This document shows, piece by piece, positions 19,655-28,109 of a DNA stretch of 64,000 bases. Each line of letters opens with the position of its first letter. The stretch's first letter is position 1. Below the pieces are notes generated by a model. That model worked only from the letters and a program-made list of their open reading frames with translations. It was not told where the DNA came from and searched no databases. The DNA is from Escherichia phage Lindwurm: sequence record NC_134264.1. One strand, 5' to 3'. Both the position numbers and the translations under genes were made by a program.

Positions 19655-20451
19655 ATATTCATAAATTAGAGAACAGCGAGCCGATTACGCTGAGTGCAGA
19701 ATCCCAACCGGAGCGCATTGAATAGAGTCGGTGGGTTAGTTGTAAAACTAGTACACAGGGGGCGGCAATCCCGGTTAGTGGCTAGAACGTGTAAAATGAG
19801 GCGTCTGAAACCTCTCCCCTAAACTCTTCTCTAATTTATAAATAGTGGGGTGTGGAAATCACTTATGTAGTAACACTGCCGTACTAGTATAATTGGTATT
19901 ATCAAGCCGTAACTGGTGGAAGATGTAGGTTCGAATCCTACGGTCGGTAAGAACTGGATAACTGGTGCTTTTAATGTAAAAGCTTCCGAGGTTAGTTGCG
20001 CACTGCCTAAACCACGCGGTAGTTGGTTCCAGACTAACCAACCAGTCTGCTGAATAGTTTTATTACGATTTAACTATGTCCAGGCTAAAGAAGAACTTTA
20101 GAAGGTATTCTAGGATAGTGAAGTTCTTTCTCCATATCGGAGTAGTTTTTCAAGCTATCCCCAAAGTGGGAAATGCTGACATGAGAGATGTCACTAATGG
20201 TGCACAATAGCACAGGTAATTCGCGATAACTCCTGTTGAGTAGCAGCAAAAGGCGGGAAGTCATGACCCCAAGCCTAACCGAGTCCTCAATATACCGCAG
20301 GACATAACCACTAAGTCACCCTGACTTAAACTGGAAAATAATAGACGTTACCGTATTTTGTCTTGAAATACTTAATGAGTGAGACTTATGACTCTCCCGG
20401 TATCGTCTGTATTTTTAAGAGTTTTTACAAGAGTTCTTAAAAATACTTAAA

Positions 20452-20525
20452 CGGGGTGTAGTCTAAGGGAGAGGCAGGAGTCTTCTAAATTCCTTTATGC
20501 AGGTTCGAATCCTGTCACCTCGGCC
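20452..20525 (+). tRNA. tRNA-Arg (anticodon TCT)
   Basis: 7-bp acceptor CGGGGTG/CACCTCG; T-arm GCAGG-TTCGAAT-CCTGT; loop cTTCTaa; CCA encoded. Confidence 0.75.
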
Positions 20526-20560
20526 AATTTTATTAACTGTAACTAAAACAAAGGAAACAT

Positions 20561-21508
20561 ATGTTTAATACTAAAAATATGAAAGAACTGACTTCTGAGC
20601 AGAAAGTAATTCGTACTATTAAACGTTGGGGTATTGGTGCTGTAGTTGGTTTAGCAGGCTTGATTCTAGCTTTTAATTCGTATACCATTGTTTCTGATGG
20701 TACGGTTAAAACCCAGACTTTCCTGGGTAAAGTAGACCCTAATCCAGTATTACCTGGTTTCCATCTTGTAAACCCGTTTGCATCTTTCGATACTTTTAGT
20801 ACAAAAGATATTGCTGTAAAATTAGATAAACTTCAGGTTCCTAGTCAGGATAAGTTTAAATCCACTGTTGACCTGACTGTTATGTTGCAGTTTGATGGTT
20901 CTAAGGCACCGATTAACCGTATTAACGCAGGTACTCAGGATCAGGCACTAGACAAGTATGTAACTGAAAAATTACTGTCTACTATTCGTGAGTTTGGTAA
21001 GTCTGTACCTAAAGCACAAGATTTGTTTGATGCTAAAATTCAGGCTCAATTGCAAACTGCAATTCAACAAGAAGTTGAAGAGTATGCACGCCCATATGGT
21101 TATACAGTTAAGCAGGTATTCCTTCAGGATATTACTTTGCCACCGGTAATCATGGAACAGGTACAGAATACCAAAGTTCGTGAAGAGCAAGTTAATGCTG
21201 CGAAAGCTGAACTGGCTCGTGTTGAACAAGAAGCACAGCAGAAGGTTAAACAAGCAGAAGCAGATCGTGAAGCTCGCAACAACCAAGCTATTGCTAATGA
21301 ACGTGACGCAGATGCTAAACTGTACGCAGCTAAGAAAGAAGCTGAAGCTAACGCCGCATTGCAACGTACCATTACTCCTGAGATGATTCGTTGGAAACAA
21401 CTGGAAGTTGAGATGATTCGTGCTCAGAAATATCAAGGTGGTGTACCTCAGACTGTGGTAGGTACTGGCTACGATGGTCAAATGATCATGGATATGCGTA
21501 ACAAATAA
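20561..21508 (+). CDS. SPFH/band-7 (prohibitin/HflK-like) membrane protein
   Basis: N-terminal TM helix, SPFH-like core and long Ala/Gln/Glu-rich coiled coil. Confidence 0.6.
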   Translation: MFNTKNMKELTSEQKVIRTIKRWGIGAVVGLAGLILAFNSYTIVSDGTVKTQTFLGKVDPNPVLPGFHLVNPFASFDTFSTKDIAVKLDKLQVPSQDKFKSTVDLTVMLQFDGSKAPINRINAGTQDQALDKYVTEKLLSTIREFGKSVPKAQDLFDAKIQAQLQTAIQQEVEEYARPYGYTVKQVFLQDITLPPVIMEQVQNTKVREEQVNAAKAELARVEQEAQQKVKQAEADREARNNQAIANERDADAKLYAAKKEAEANAALQRTITPEMIRWKQLEVEMIRAQKYQGGVPQTVVGTGYDGQMIMDMRNK

Positions 21509-21531
21509 TAGTTACACGTAATCTTCGAACC

Positions 21532-21568
21532 AAGCCCGCGTTTCCTCCGAGAGCGCAGGCTTTTCTGT
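21532..21568 (+). terminator. rho-independent terminator
   Basis: AGCCCGCG...CGCAGGCT stem followed by TTTTCTG. Confidence 0.5.
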
Positions 21569-21582
21569 ATTTAAGGCAAAAT

Positions 21583-21622
21583 AAAAAGCCCCTAAGTCTT
21601 TCGACTAGGGGCTTTATTGTTT
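21583..21622. terminator. bidirectional terminator
   Basis: Perfect 9-bp stem AGCCCCTAG/CTAGGGGCT flanked by A-run and T-run. Confidence 0.65.
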
Positions 21623-21628
21623 GGTTCC

Positions 21629-21823
21629 TTAGAACCATATACTCTTGTTACAGCAACCACCCATACGGGAGGCCAATCTTGACTGAAAATCTACTCTAGG
21701 GGGCAGGATAAGAGTAGGCTTAAAGGCAAACGGATTGAACGCCGGTATTTGCGTAAACATTGCTGGAGAGCAACAACGTGCTACAGGCATTGGGCAGCAC
21801 GAAACAGGTTTTCTGCAACACAT
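21629..21823 (-). CDS. small Cys-rich protein
   Basis: 64 aa with CC pairs (MCCRKPVSCC...ARCC...GGCCNK); strong AAGGAG RBS. Confidence 0.5.
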   Translation of the reverse strand: MCCRKPVSCCPMPVARCCSPAMFTQIPAFNPFAFKPTLILPPRVDFQSRLASRMGGCCNKSIWF

Positions 21824-21832
21824 AATTTCTCC

Positions 21833-22249
21833 TTAGGAGTTATTACCACCATTTTGAGCTTTTGCAATTTGGCTTTGGCAGAAGCTATTAAACTTACCCA
21901 TAAGTGATACAAGCTGTTTCCCATCCTCTGTCTTTGCGAAGTCTTCGAAAAGGGCTAGTACTGCCTGTCCTTCCGCGGAAACCTGTGGTTGTTGGGTTTG
22001 TTGCTGAACTTGCTGCTGAGGCACCTGTTGCTGCATTTGTTGGGGCATTTGCGACTGCCCGCTCATTTGCTGCATCATTTGCATAGGACTCACACTTCCA
22101 GGGTTTTGCTGGAGTTGTTGCTGCATCTGTTGCGCTTCTGCTAAACGCTGTTGCAATTGTTGTAAGTAGGGGTTATCCAGACCCGGAATGGGCTGCTGGG
22201 AGCCCATACTTTGATTAAGTCCGTTATTTACAAAACCATATTTACTCAT
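21833..22249 (-). CDS. Gln-rich low-complexity protein
   Basis: 138 aa with long Q-rich tracts. Confidence 0.5.
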   Translation of the reverse strand: MSKYGFVNNGLNQSMGSQQPIPGLDNPYLQQLQQRLAEAQQMQQQLQQNPGSVSPMQMMQQMSGQSQMPQQMQQQVPQQQVQQQTQQPQVSAEGQAVLALFEDFAKTEDGKQLVSLMGKFNSFCQSQIAKAQNGGNNS

Positions 22250-22270
22250 AATGGGCTCCTCCCCTTAATA

Positions 22271-23257
22271 TTAAGCCGGCAGTTTAGCCTGCAGACCAGC
22301 CAGAGTCTGAGTGATAGTACCAAGACTTAAAGCGATTTGATTAATTACCTGACCGTTAGCACCGCTACCCGCAGCGATTGCTTCACGTAGGCGACACGCA
22401 TCTAACTCATCCTGGATACGCGCAGTAGTTACACCGGCGATCGCAGTCTGAAGTTCACAGCAACATTCAGCAATCTGACGTTCCAGAGAGTTCTGGTTAG
22501 CACACATCTGAGCCTGAACAGCGGCAAACTGGTTATTAGTTTGTAAAGTCTGCTGGAAAGCGATCTGTGCAGAATCAAACTTATCTTGTGCACGAGCTAT
22601 CTGATTAGCTGCGAAAGATTGATCAATCTGGCGAGAAAGATCGAACTGGCCCTGAATAACGTTGCGAGTTTCCTGGCAGATCTGATTAGACAGATTAGCA
22701 CCTGTACCATAGATCGTAGTTAGTACAGACTGAGTATCACGGCTCTGGTTTTGGGATGTCTGGCTAAAACCATTGTTAACTGCGCTTAAAACAGCTCCAG
22801 TGCCCTGGTTAGCTTCTGTACGAGTAGTGTTAATAGCTGCTAGAATACTAGCGGTATCTTGGTTCTGAAGTACTGCATCAACTGCGGTACCTTCACCAAC
22901 TACACCACGCCCACCGAATCCACCGAAACCACCGAATCCGCCTGTTAATAGAGCACCGATTAGGATAGCTCCGAATAGTCCCATACCTTCACCACCGAAA
23001 GCACCTGCGTTTGCTGGGTAACCACCCAGTAGGCCAGGAAAGCCACTAGTGAATACGTTTACTGGTTCTTGCATTTTATGTTTTCCATATTTATGACAAT
23101 GTTCATCATCGTCATCTTCTTCATCGTCGTGTTCGCGATGTTTCTCTTCGTAGGCTCTGACCTTCTCCCACTTTTTCTTATCTGATTCCTCGTGACGGTG
23201 CAGTTCTGCTGCAACGCTAGCGACGGTCTCAGGACTCTTAGCTACTTCTTCTGTCAT
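22271..23257 (-). CDS. acidic / Gly-rich / Gln-Asn-rich protein
   Basis: Start MTEEVAK at 23257 with AGGAGG RBS; DDEEDDDDE tract, GGFGGFGGFGGRG tract, Q/N-rich C-terminus. Confidence 0.55.
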   Translation of the reverse strand: MTEEVAKSPETVASVAAELHRHEESDKKKWEKVRAYEEKHREHDDEEDDDDEHCHKYGKHKMQEPVNVFTSGFPGLLGGYPANAGAFGGEGMGLFGAILIGALLTGGFGGFGGFGGRGVVGEGTAVDAVLQNQDTASILAAINTTRTEANQGTGAVLSAVNNGFSQTSQNQSRDTQSVLTTIYGTGANLSNQICQETRNVIQGQFDLSRQIDQSFAANQIARAQDKFDSAQIAFQQTLQTNNQFAAVQAQMCANQNSLERQIAECCCELQTAIAGVTTARIQDELDACRLREAIAAGSGANGQVINQIALSLGTITQTLAGLQAKLPA

Positions 23258-23464
23258 TTTTTGACACCTCCTAGTATATAGAAAATGTGTGTCTCTTTGA
23301 TCACTCATCCATAACATATACTTTACACTACCCCAGCGAAAATGTCAAGGGGTCTTTAAAAATTGCCCCCGGATTTTTAGTGGGGTCACAAATTTTGGTC
23401 CTCACTACTTATCTGCTACCCTTAAATGCCCTATGATTTTCCTCTAAAAAGTTAAAAAATTTAA

Positions 23465-23493
23465 TTGCTTGAATGCTATATTCTCTGTATAAT
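23465..23493 (+). promoter_or_regulatory. T5-type early promoter
   Basis: TTGCTT-17 bp-TATAAT. Confidence 0.65.
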
Positions 23494-23523
23494 ATATCTA
23501 TAAATTTGAGAGAGGAACCAAAT

Positions 23524-24042
23524 ATGAATGTTGATGAGCTAACACAGCACCTCTTATCTAGAGGATTTGATACAGATAAATATCATTGCTGGTTAAGTAC
23601 GGAAGGATGGCTAACAGTCCCGTTGTATGACTTCTCTGGGATGTTGAGGGGCTATCAAACTTATAATCCTTCTGCTCCAAAAGGTCATGGTAAGTGCCCC
23701 TTTGAAGCTAAATACTTTACTTATTCTACTACCCAGTGTGTATGGGGACTAGAAACTCTCAATGGAGATGAAAAAGTAGTATTGATTGCTGAATCTGTAT
23801 TTAAGGCAGTTGCGTTACATAACGCTGGTTATCCAGCCCTAGCAATGTTGGGTTCTTCTCCAGGAAAAGCGTTATTAAAGCAACTGAAATTACTACCTTT
23901 TAAATTGATAGCTGTCGGGGACAATGATCCTGCGGGTGAAAAATTTGCTAGAAAATTAAACGGCTTTGTTTCTCCTGTAGATGTAGATGAGATGTCTACC
24001 GAAAACTTGAAAAATTTTCTTGCTATGAAGCTAAATTTCTAA
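23524..24042 (+). CDS. TOPRIM-domain protein (DnaG-primase-like)
   Basis: VVLIAESVFKAVALHNAGYPALAMLGSS and LIAVGDNDPAGEKFARKL match TOPRIM E...DxD motifs. Confidence 0.5.
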   Translation: MNVDELTQHLLSRGFDTDKYHCWLSTEGWLTVPLYDFSGMLRGYQTYNPSAPKGHGKCPFEAKYFTYSTTQCVWGLETLNGDEKVVLIAESVFKAVALHNAGYPALAMLGSSPGKALLKQLKLLPFKLIAVGDNDPAGEKFARKLNGFVSPVDVDEMSTENLKNFLAMKLNF

Positions 24043-24048
24043 TATAAT
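24020..24048 (+). promoter_or_regulatory. T5-type promoter preceding tRNA genes
   Basis: TTGCTA-17 bp-TATAAT overlapping 3' end of preceding ORF. Confidence 0.55.
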
Positions 24049-24063
24049 ATATCTTATAAATTC

Positions 24064-24152
24064 GGAAGAATAGCATAACGGTATTGCAGCAGATTGCTAA
24101 TCTGTCGGTTTGAAATATAGCCTTGTGGGTTCGATTCCCACTTCTTCCGCCA
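24064..24152 (+). tRNA. tRNA-Ser (anticodon GCT)
   Basis: Acceptor GGAAGAA/TTCTTCC; T-arm GTGGG-TTCGATT-CCCAC; loop ttGCTaa; long variable arm; CCA. Confidence 0.8.
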
Positions 24153-24158
24153 GATTTT

Positions 24159-24236
24159 GGTTCTCAAGCTCATATGGTATGAGCACCCAGCTCATAACTG
24201 GAAGGTACGTAGGTTCGAATCCTCGGGGAGCCACCA
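24159..24236 (+). tRNA. tRNA-Met-like (anticodon CAT), imperfect T-stem
   Basis: Acceptor GGTTCTC/GGGAGCC; D-stem GCTC/GAGC; loop ctCATaa; T-stem has 2 mismatches; CCA. Confidence 0.5.
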
Positions 24237-24254
24237 ATTAAATAGAGGTCACAA

Positions 24255-24443
24255 ATGGATCTATATATAGTTTATGTTGTGTTTATTCAAGATAGAGAAT
24301 ACCCGGATGAATATAAAAAAGGATATAGGTTAGCCAGAGCTACCTCTGAAGCCCAAGCTATGGATAAAGTGGCAGATTATATGATTACGGTAGAAAACGT
24401 ACACTATATCGACTACCTTGAAGCCTCAAAAGTAATTGACTAA
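24255..24443 (+). CDS. hypothetical protein
   Basis: 62-aa ORF after tRNA pair. Confidence 0.4.
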   Translation: MDLYIVYVVFIQDREYPDEYKKGYRLARATSEAQAMDKVADYMITVENVHYIDYLEASKVID

Positions 24444-24452
24444 GGAGACTAT

Positions 24453-24638
24453 ATGTCCAAGTTTCAAGAACTCAAGCAAGAGCTAGAAGAGTGTGCCTGC
24501 CCTGAGTGTAGGGGAATTGGTGAAAGTTCTGATGCAGAAGCAGGAGATACTTTTTGCAATATCTGGGTTTGCCCAAATTGCAATGGTACAGGTATTAATC
24601 CTAACTGTGGTATTTCCCTAGATATTGAACGAGGATAA
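24453..24638 (+). CDS. small Cys-rich zinc-ribbon-like protein
   Basis: CACPEC...CNIWVCPNC pairs; AAGGAG RBS. Confidence 0.45.
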   Translation: MSKFQELKQELEECACPECRGIGESSDAEAGDTFCNIWVCPNCNGTGINPNCGISLDIERG

Positions 24639-24738
24639 TACCTGTGAAACTAAAAGATTACTATATTGGTTGGTTTGTGGGACTAGTAGTAGGATTTTCA
24701 CTAGGCTATAATATGTATCAACTAATAAACTGATTACA

Positions 24739-24815
24739 TGGGGGTGTAATCGAATTGGCATAGGTACTGGACTTAAAATTCAGGTTTTGTGGGTTCGAAT
24801 CCCACCACCCCTACC
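24739..24815 (+). tRNA. tRNA-like gene (anticodon TAA, weak D-arm)
   Basis: Acceptor GGGGGTG/CACCCCT; T-arm GTGGG-TTCGAAT-CCCAC; loop cTTAAaa; no clean D-stem; CCA. Confidence 0.5.
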
Positions 24816-24991
24816 AAATTAAGGAAATAAGATGTATAGACATCCACCTCCGCCAACACGTCGTTCTAGAGAAGTTATTCTCATGGAGTTGACTAAAAAC
24901 TTCAAGGCAACTCTTGAAGATAGAGATCTAGGCACGGATGAAGACATTGATTTTATTTGTAGACTATTAAAGATGAAACTGGAGAAACAAC

Positions 24992-25198
24992 ATGGCTAAT
25001 CCTGAAATTACCGCACAACGTTTCATGCTTAAAGGTATGATTGCTGAGGCGGGTTTAACTCAAGAGGTTGCAGATTTTCATAAGCAATTTCTTGATATTA
25101 TAACTCTAGCTAAAGAAACTGGAGAAAAAGAACATGGAGCGGCAATTATGGCTATATCTCTTATTAGTCTAGACTTGGCTGAAGAATCTGGAGTTTAG
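24992..25198 (+). CDS. hypothetical protein
   Basis: 68-aa ORF. Confidence 0.45.
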   Translation: MANPEITAQRFMLKGMIAEAGLTQEVADFHKQFLDIITLAKETGEKEHGAAIMAISLISLDLAEESGV

Positions 25199-25228
25199 AT
25201 CCTCCAAACAGAATTTTTAAAAATGTAC

Positions 25229-25258
25229 TTGCCTTTTGCTTTAAATTTCTGGTATAAT
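25229..25258 (+). promoter_or_regulatory. T5-type early promoter
   Basis: TTGCCT-18 bp-TATAAT. Confidence 0.55.
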
Positions 25259-25288
25259 AGTTATATAAATTGATGAAGGAGTTAACGA

Positions 25289-25564
25289 ATGCAAAATCGT
25301 GTTATAGCAGCTGGTATTGAAAGTGCAATCTGTAAATCCTGGGAAGGCTGGGAAGGTGAGATTGAATGGCTTTATTTCTACGATGTAGAGCTTCTGCCGG
25401 AAATTAAAGCTAAATGTGTTGAAGCTGGCATGTCTCCAGATGCAAGAGCTGATATTGATATTTCAATGTCTGAACTTAAAGGTCGTGTAATCACTGTTAG
25501 TGATGAGGGCGAAGAAGTTTTTGAACTTCCGTTCTCCTTAACTGTCACTCCTAAGTTCGACTAA
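25289..25564 (+). CDS. hypothetical protein
   Basis: 91-aa ORF with AAGGAG RBS. Confidence 0.45.
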   Translation: MQNRVIAAGIESAICKSWEGWEGEIEWLYFYDVELLPEIKAKCVEAGMSPDARADIDISMSELKGRVITVSDEGEEVFELPFSLTVTPKFD

Positions 25565-25600
25565 CTAATACAGCATTGGGCAAGTTCTTTAAAATTTGAC

Positions 25601-25629
25601 TTGCCCAATACTATAAAACTTGGTATAAT
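25601..25629 (+). promoter_or_regulatory. promoter preceding tRNA cluster
   Basis: TTGCCC-17 bp-TATAAT. Confidence 0.5.
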
Positions 25630-25762
25630 ATTTATCTAATTTGGAAAGTTCTTTTTAAGGTAGTTCTTACTTTAGCAGAGTAAATTTTTGGCAGATGGCC
25701 CCCACCATTTTACCGATAACTCCTAGTCAGTGCGGTAACACTGGCTACCTTAAAGAGAATTT

Positions 25763-25850
25763 GGGCGTTTATTCCGTAAGTGGTAGCGGAGGGGACTGTA
25801 AATCCCTGGTCATTGCGACTCGAGTGGTTCGACTCCATTAACGCCCACCA
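25763..25850 (+). tRNA. tRNA-Tyr (anticodon GTA)
   Basis: Acceptor GGGCGTT/AACGCCC; stem GGGGA/TCCCT; loop ctGTAaa; long variable arm; CCA. Confidence 0.8.
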
Positions 25851-25857
25851 ATTTAAT

Positions 25858-25932
25858 GCACCTATCGTCTAGCGGTTAGGACACCACTCTTTCACAGTGG
25901 GAACACGAGTTCGATCCTCGTTGGGTGTGCCA
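25858..25932 (+). tRNA. tRNA-Glu (anticodon TTC)
   Basis: T-arm ACGAG-TTCGATC-CTCGT; stem CCACT/AGTGG; loop ctTTCac; CCA. Confidence 0.8.
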
Positions 25933-25941
25933 ATTAATAAT

Positions 25942-26012
25942 TGGGGTACGCATAGGTTGCAAATGGGCCTCCAAAACCCATGAAAAGGTTTCGAATACCT
26001 TTACCCCTGCCA
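25942..26012 (+). tRNA. tRNA-Trp-like (anticodon CCA), compact
   Basis: T-arm AAGGT-TTCGAAT-ACCTT; loop ctCCAaa with C-A closing mismatch; 3-bp D-stem; CCA. Confidence 0.5.
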
Positions 26013-26018
26013 AAATTT

Positions 26019-26093
26019 GCACCTTTAGCTGAGATGGATTAGCGCTTGCCTGAAGAGCTTGAGAGGTTCGTTCGATTCGAACAGGGTGCACCA
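26019..26093 (+). tRNA. tRNA-Phe-like (anticodon GAA)
   Basis: Acceptor GCACCTT/AGGGTGC; D-stem GCTG/TAGC; T-arm GTTCG-TTCGATT-CGAAC; loop ctGAAga; two U-U in anticodon stem. Confidence 0.55.
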
Positions 26094-26110
26094 ATTTGAG
26101 GGAGCTGCTG

Positions 26111-26383
26111 ATGCATCCTGAAAACTTCTTTATTTACTGCGCTGATAAGTCGCTGAAACGTAGAATTAACAAAGTCTATCATTATCGTGCTAGTCAACAG
26201 CCTTATGTATATGCTTTTGATGATGATCACATTCCACTAGAACAATTATCTTGTGATTACATGATATTGAAGAACTTTGACGAGACAAAGATCTCAAGCG
26301 TTCATAATCGACAGAATCCATTAACGTGGAAATATAAGAAGAAAAAGAAAGGCATCAAATTTTTAAAAAATGTAGTTGCTTAG
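26111..26383 (+). CDS. hypothetical protein
   Basis: 90-aa ORF from ATG 26111 with GAGGGA RBS. Confidence 0.45.
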   Translation: MHPENFFIYCADKSLKRRINKVYHYRASQQPYVYAFDDDHIPLEQLSCDYMILKNFDETKISSVHNRQNPLTWKYKKKKKGIKFLKNVVA

Positions 26384-26404
26384 TTTCCAAAAGTTCTGTA
26401 TAAT
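26376..26404 (+). promoter_or_regulatory. T5-type promoter preceding tRNA genes
   Basis: TTGCTT-17 bp-TATAAT. Confidence 0.6.
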
Positions 26405-26452
26405 AATTACATAAATTGAACTGGAGAAGCAACATGATAGAATAAGATAAAT

Positions 26453-26528
26453 CGACCGTTGGCTGAATGGCTTAGGCGAAGGATTGCAAATCCTTTTTAT
26501 GTGAGTTCAAATCTCATGCGGTCGTCCA
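26453..26528 (+). tRNA. tRNA-Cys (anticodon GCA)
   Basis: Acceptor CGACCGT/GCGGTCG; stem AAGGA/TCCTT; loop ttGCAaa; T-arm GTGAG-TTCAAAT-CTCAT; CCA. Confidence 0.8.
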
Positions 26529-26536
26529 AATTTTTA

Positions 26537-26619
26537 GGGTCGTTAGCCAAGTGGTTTGGCGGCGGATTGTTAATCCGTGTCGAAAGACAACGTAGGTTCG
26601 AATCCTACACGGCCCGCCA
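26537..26619 (+). tRNA. tRNA-Asn (anticodon GTT) with 13-nt variable region
   Basis: Acceptor GGGTCGT/ACGGCCC; D-stem GCCA/TGGC; loop ttGTTaa; T-arm GTAGG-TTCGAAT-CCTAC; CCA. Confidence 0.6.
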
Positions 26620-26721
26620 AATTCTGTGTAGAGTTAAGTAAACCGGTAGCCAACCAGCTATCATTGCTGATATCGAATTCAGCCACAGATACCGTTTTCA
26701 TTAATAACTGAGGAAACAAGC

Positions 26722-26907
26722 ATGTCCAAGAATGTAATTGCGCAGCTAGAAGTTCATCGTGATAGCACTATCAACAATATTGAAGTTGAGAAGAAATACA
26801 TCGAAGAACTTAAACATGATATACTGGTAAGTCTCAACCGTCTTAACGTACGAAAAGAGTTTCTTAAGGAACTTAATGCAGCTATTGAAAAACTCAAAGC
26901 TGAGTAA
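26722..26907 (+). CDS. hypothetical protein
   Basis: 61-aa coiled-coil-like ORF with GAGGAAAC RBS. Confidence 0.45.
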   Translation: MSKNVIAQLEVHRDSTINNIEVEKKYIEELKHDILVSLNRLNVRKEFLKELNAAIEKLKAE

Positions 26908-26916
26908 ATGAATTAT

Positions 26917-26993
26917 GCGACCGGGGCTGGCTTGGTAATGGTACTCCCCTGTCACGGGAGGGAATGTGGGTTCAAATCCCATCGGTCGCGCCA
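26917..26993 (+). tRNA. tRNA-Asp (anticodon GTC)
   Basis: Acceptor GCGACCG/CGGTCGC; stem CTCCC/GGGAG; loop ctGTCac; T-arm GTGGG-TTCAAAT-CCCAT; CCA. Confidence 0.8.
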
Positions 26994-27019
26994 AACTAAA
27001 CTAGCACGAGAAATATGCT

Positions 27020-27367
27020 ATGATTAATGCTAAAGAAGAATTGTTACTTGCCCTAAAGAATACTAATTCTGAAGTTAAGTGTATTAAGATAGAATTCGGT
27101 TATTATGGTGACAAAGAAGTTTGGGTATTGCCCGTAGGTTATACAGAAAAAGATATTGAAGATTTTCTAAATAATCTAGACTTTAAATATGATTCTGGTT
27201 ATGGTGGGCAATTGCTTTATGGTAACGTGTGGTTTACTGATGGAACTTGGTTAGAACGTGGTGAATACGACGGTTCTGAGTGGTGGGAATATAAGGCTAC
27301 GCCAGCAATCCCAGAAGAATGCCGAACAATTAATGGTGAAGTAGATCGTACTTTACTATTAAATTAA
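27020..27367 (+). CDS. hypothetical protein
   Basis: 115-aa ORF. Confidence 0.5.
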   Translation: MINAKEELLLALKNTNSEVKCIKIEFGYYGDKEVWVLPVGYTEKDIEDFLNNLDFKYDSGYGGQLLYGNVWFTDGTWLERGEYDGSEWWEYKATPAIPEECRTINGEVDRTLLLN

Positions 27368-27489
27368 CAAAATTTCAGTGCAGAACACGGAGCTAGCAAT
27401 TCGGAAGTGCTGACTCATGATAAGCTGCCTATGTACTTGCGAAGCGGTCGTGTCCAAGACTCGGACTCTTGCACTGAAAACAATCAAAC

Positions 27490-27610
27490 ATTCTAGCGTG
27501 GTTGATGGGGAAACCAGCTTGGCGAGGGCAGAAGCTCGTTCGATTCGAGTGAAAGAATGGTTCTCGTAAGTCCGCACAAGTGATAACAGGTTCGAGTCCT
27601 GTCTAGAATG
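27490..27610 (+). ncRNA. oversized tRNA-like element (~121 nt)
   Basis: Perfect 7-bp acceptor ATTCTAG/CTAGAAT and T-arm ACAGG-TTCGAGT-CCTGT enclosing ~95 nt with an inner T-arm-like hairpin. Confidence 0.4.
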
Positions 27611-27769
27611 ACACTATAAAGTTTACTTATTATGTAGGTTCCGGTAGACCGGCGGGTCTATTCTGGCATTTAAGAGAGGTCTCGCAAGCCTCTTTGTCAG
27701 CAGTGGGGTTGGTAGCCTCCAGGTGGCCTACACAATAAGTAAATTTATTAAAAATTCATTTGCTATTCT

Positions 27770-27798
27770 GCTTAATTCTCTGTATAATATATCTTATA
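27770..27798 (+). promoter_or_regulatory. T5-type early promoter
   Basis: TTGCTA-17 bp-TATAAT. Confidence 0.6.
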
Positions 27799-27820
27799 AA
27801 GTGAAGAGAAGGAAAGCTAA

Positions 27821-28018
27821 ATGAAGAAAGTTTTATTACTATCCGTATTCCTACTTACTGGTTGTTTTAAATTTGACTCAACCATTAATAAAGAGTATGA
27901 ATTTGCTAAAAATTTCTGTGGCGGAGAGAGTAATATAAAGAATTTCTACATATATAGTACGATTCCTAGTACCGTTTATTGTGTAGACGGACGAATTATT
28001 AATATTCCTCCACAATAA
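27821..28018 (+). CDS. small lipoprotein
   Basis: MKKVLLLSVFLLTGC signal peptide with lipobox LTGC. Confidence 0.5.
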   Translation: MKKVLLLSVFLLTGCFKFDSTINKEYEFAKNFCGGESNIKNFYIYSTIPSTVYCVDGRIINIPPQ

Positions 28019-28027
28019 AAGAATTAA

Positions 28028-28103
28028 CAGTGCGTAGCGCAGTTGGTAGCGTGGGAGCCTTGGATGCTTCGGGTCGCAGGTTCGAGTCCTGCCGCACTGA
28101 CCA
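28028..28103 (+). tRNA. tRNA-Pro (anticodon TGG)
   Basis: Acceptor CAGTGCG/CGCACTG; T-arm GCAGG-TTCGAGT-CCTGC; loop ctTGGat; CCA. Confidence 0.8.
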
Positions 28104-28109
28104 AACAAT

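Noticed and set aside
20972-21481. Track ORFs 20972..21481 (-) and 21124..21372 (-)
   Set aside because: Antisense to the SPFH gene in a repetitive coiled-coil-coding region; Cys/Ser/Leu-rich composition typical of antisense frames.
24831-24917. Possible small ORF starting at ATG 24831 after an AAGGA RBS
   Set aside because: Careful re-reading shows it terminates after 28 codons; too short to call.
26746-26994. Track ORF 26746..26994 (-)
   Set aside because: Overlaps tRNA-Asp and a well-supported plus-strand ORF; antisense artefact.
27878-28108. Track ORF 27878..28108 (-)
   Set aside because: Antisense to the lipoprotein gene and tRNA-Pro; no RBS.
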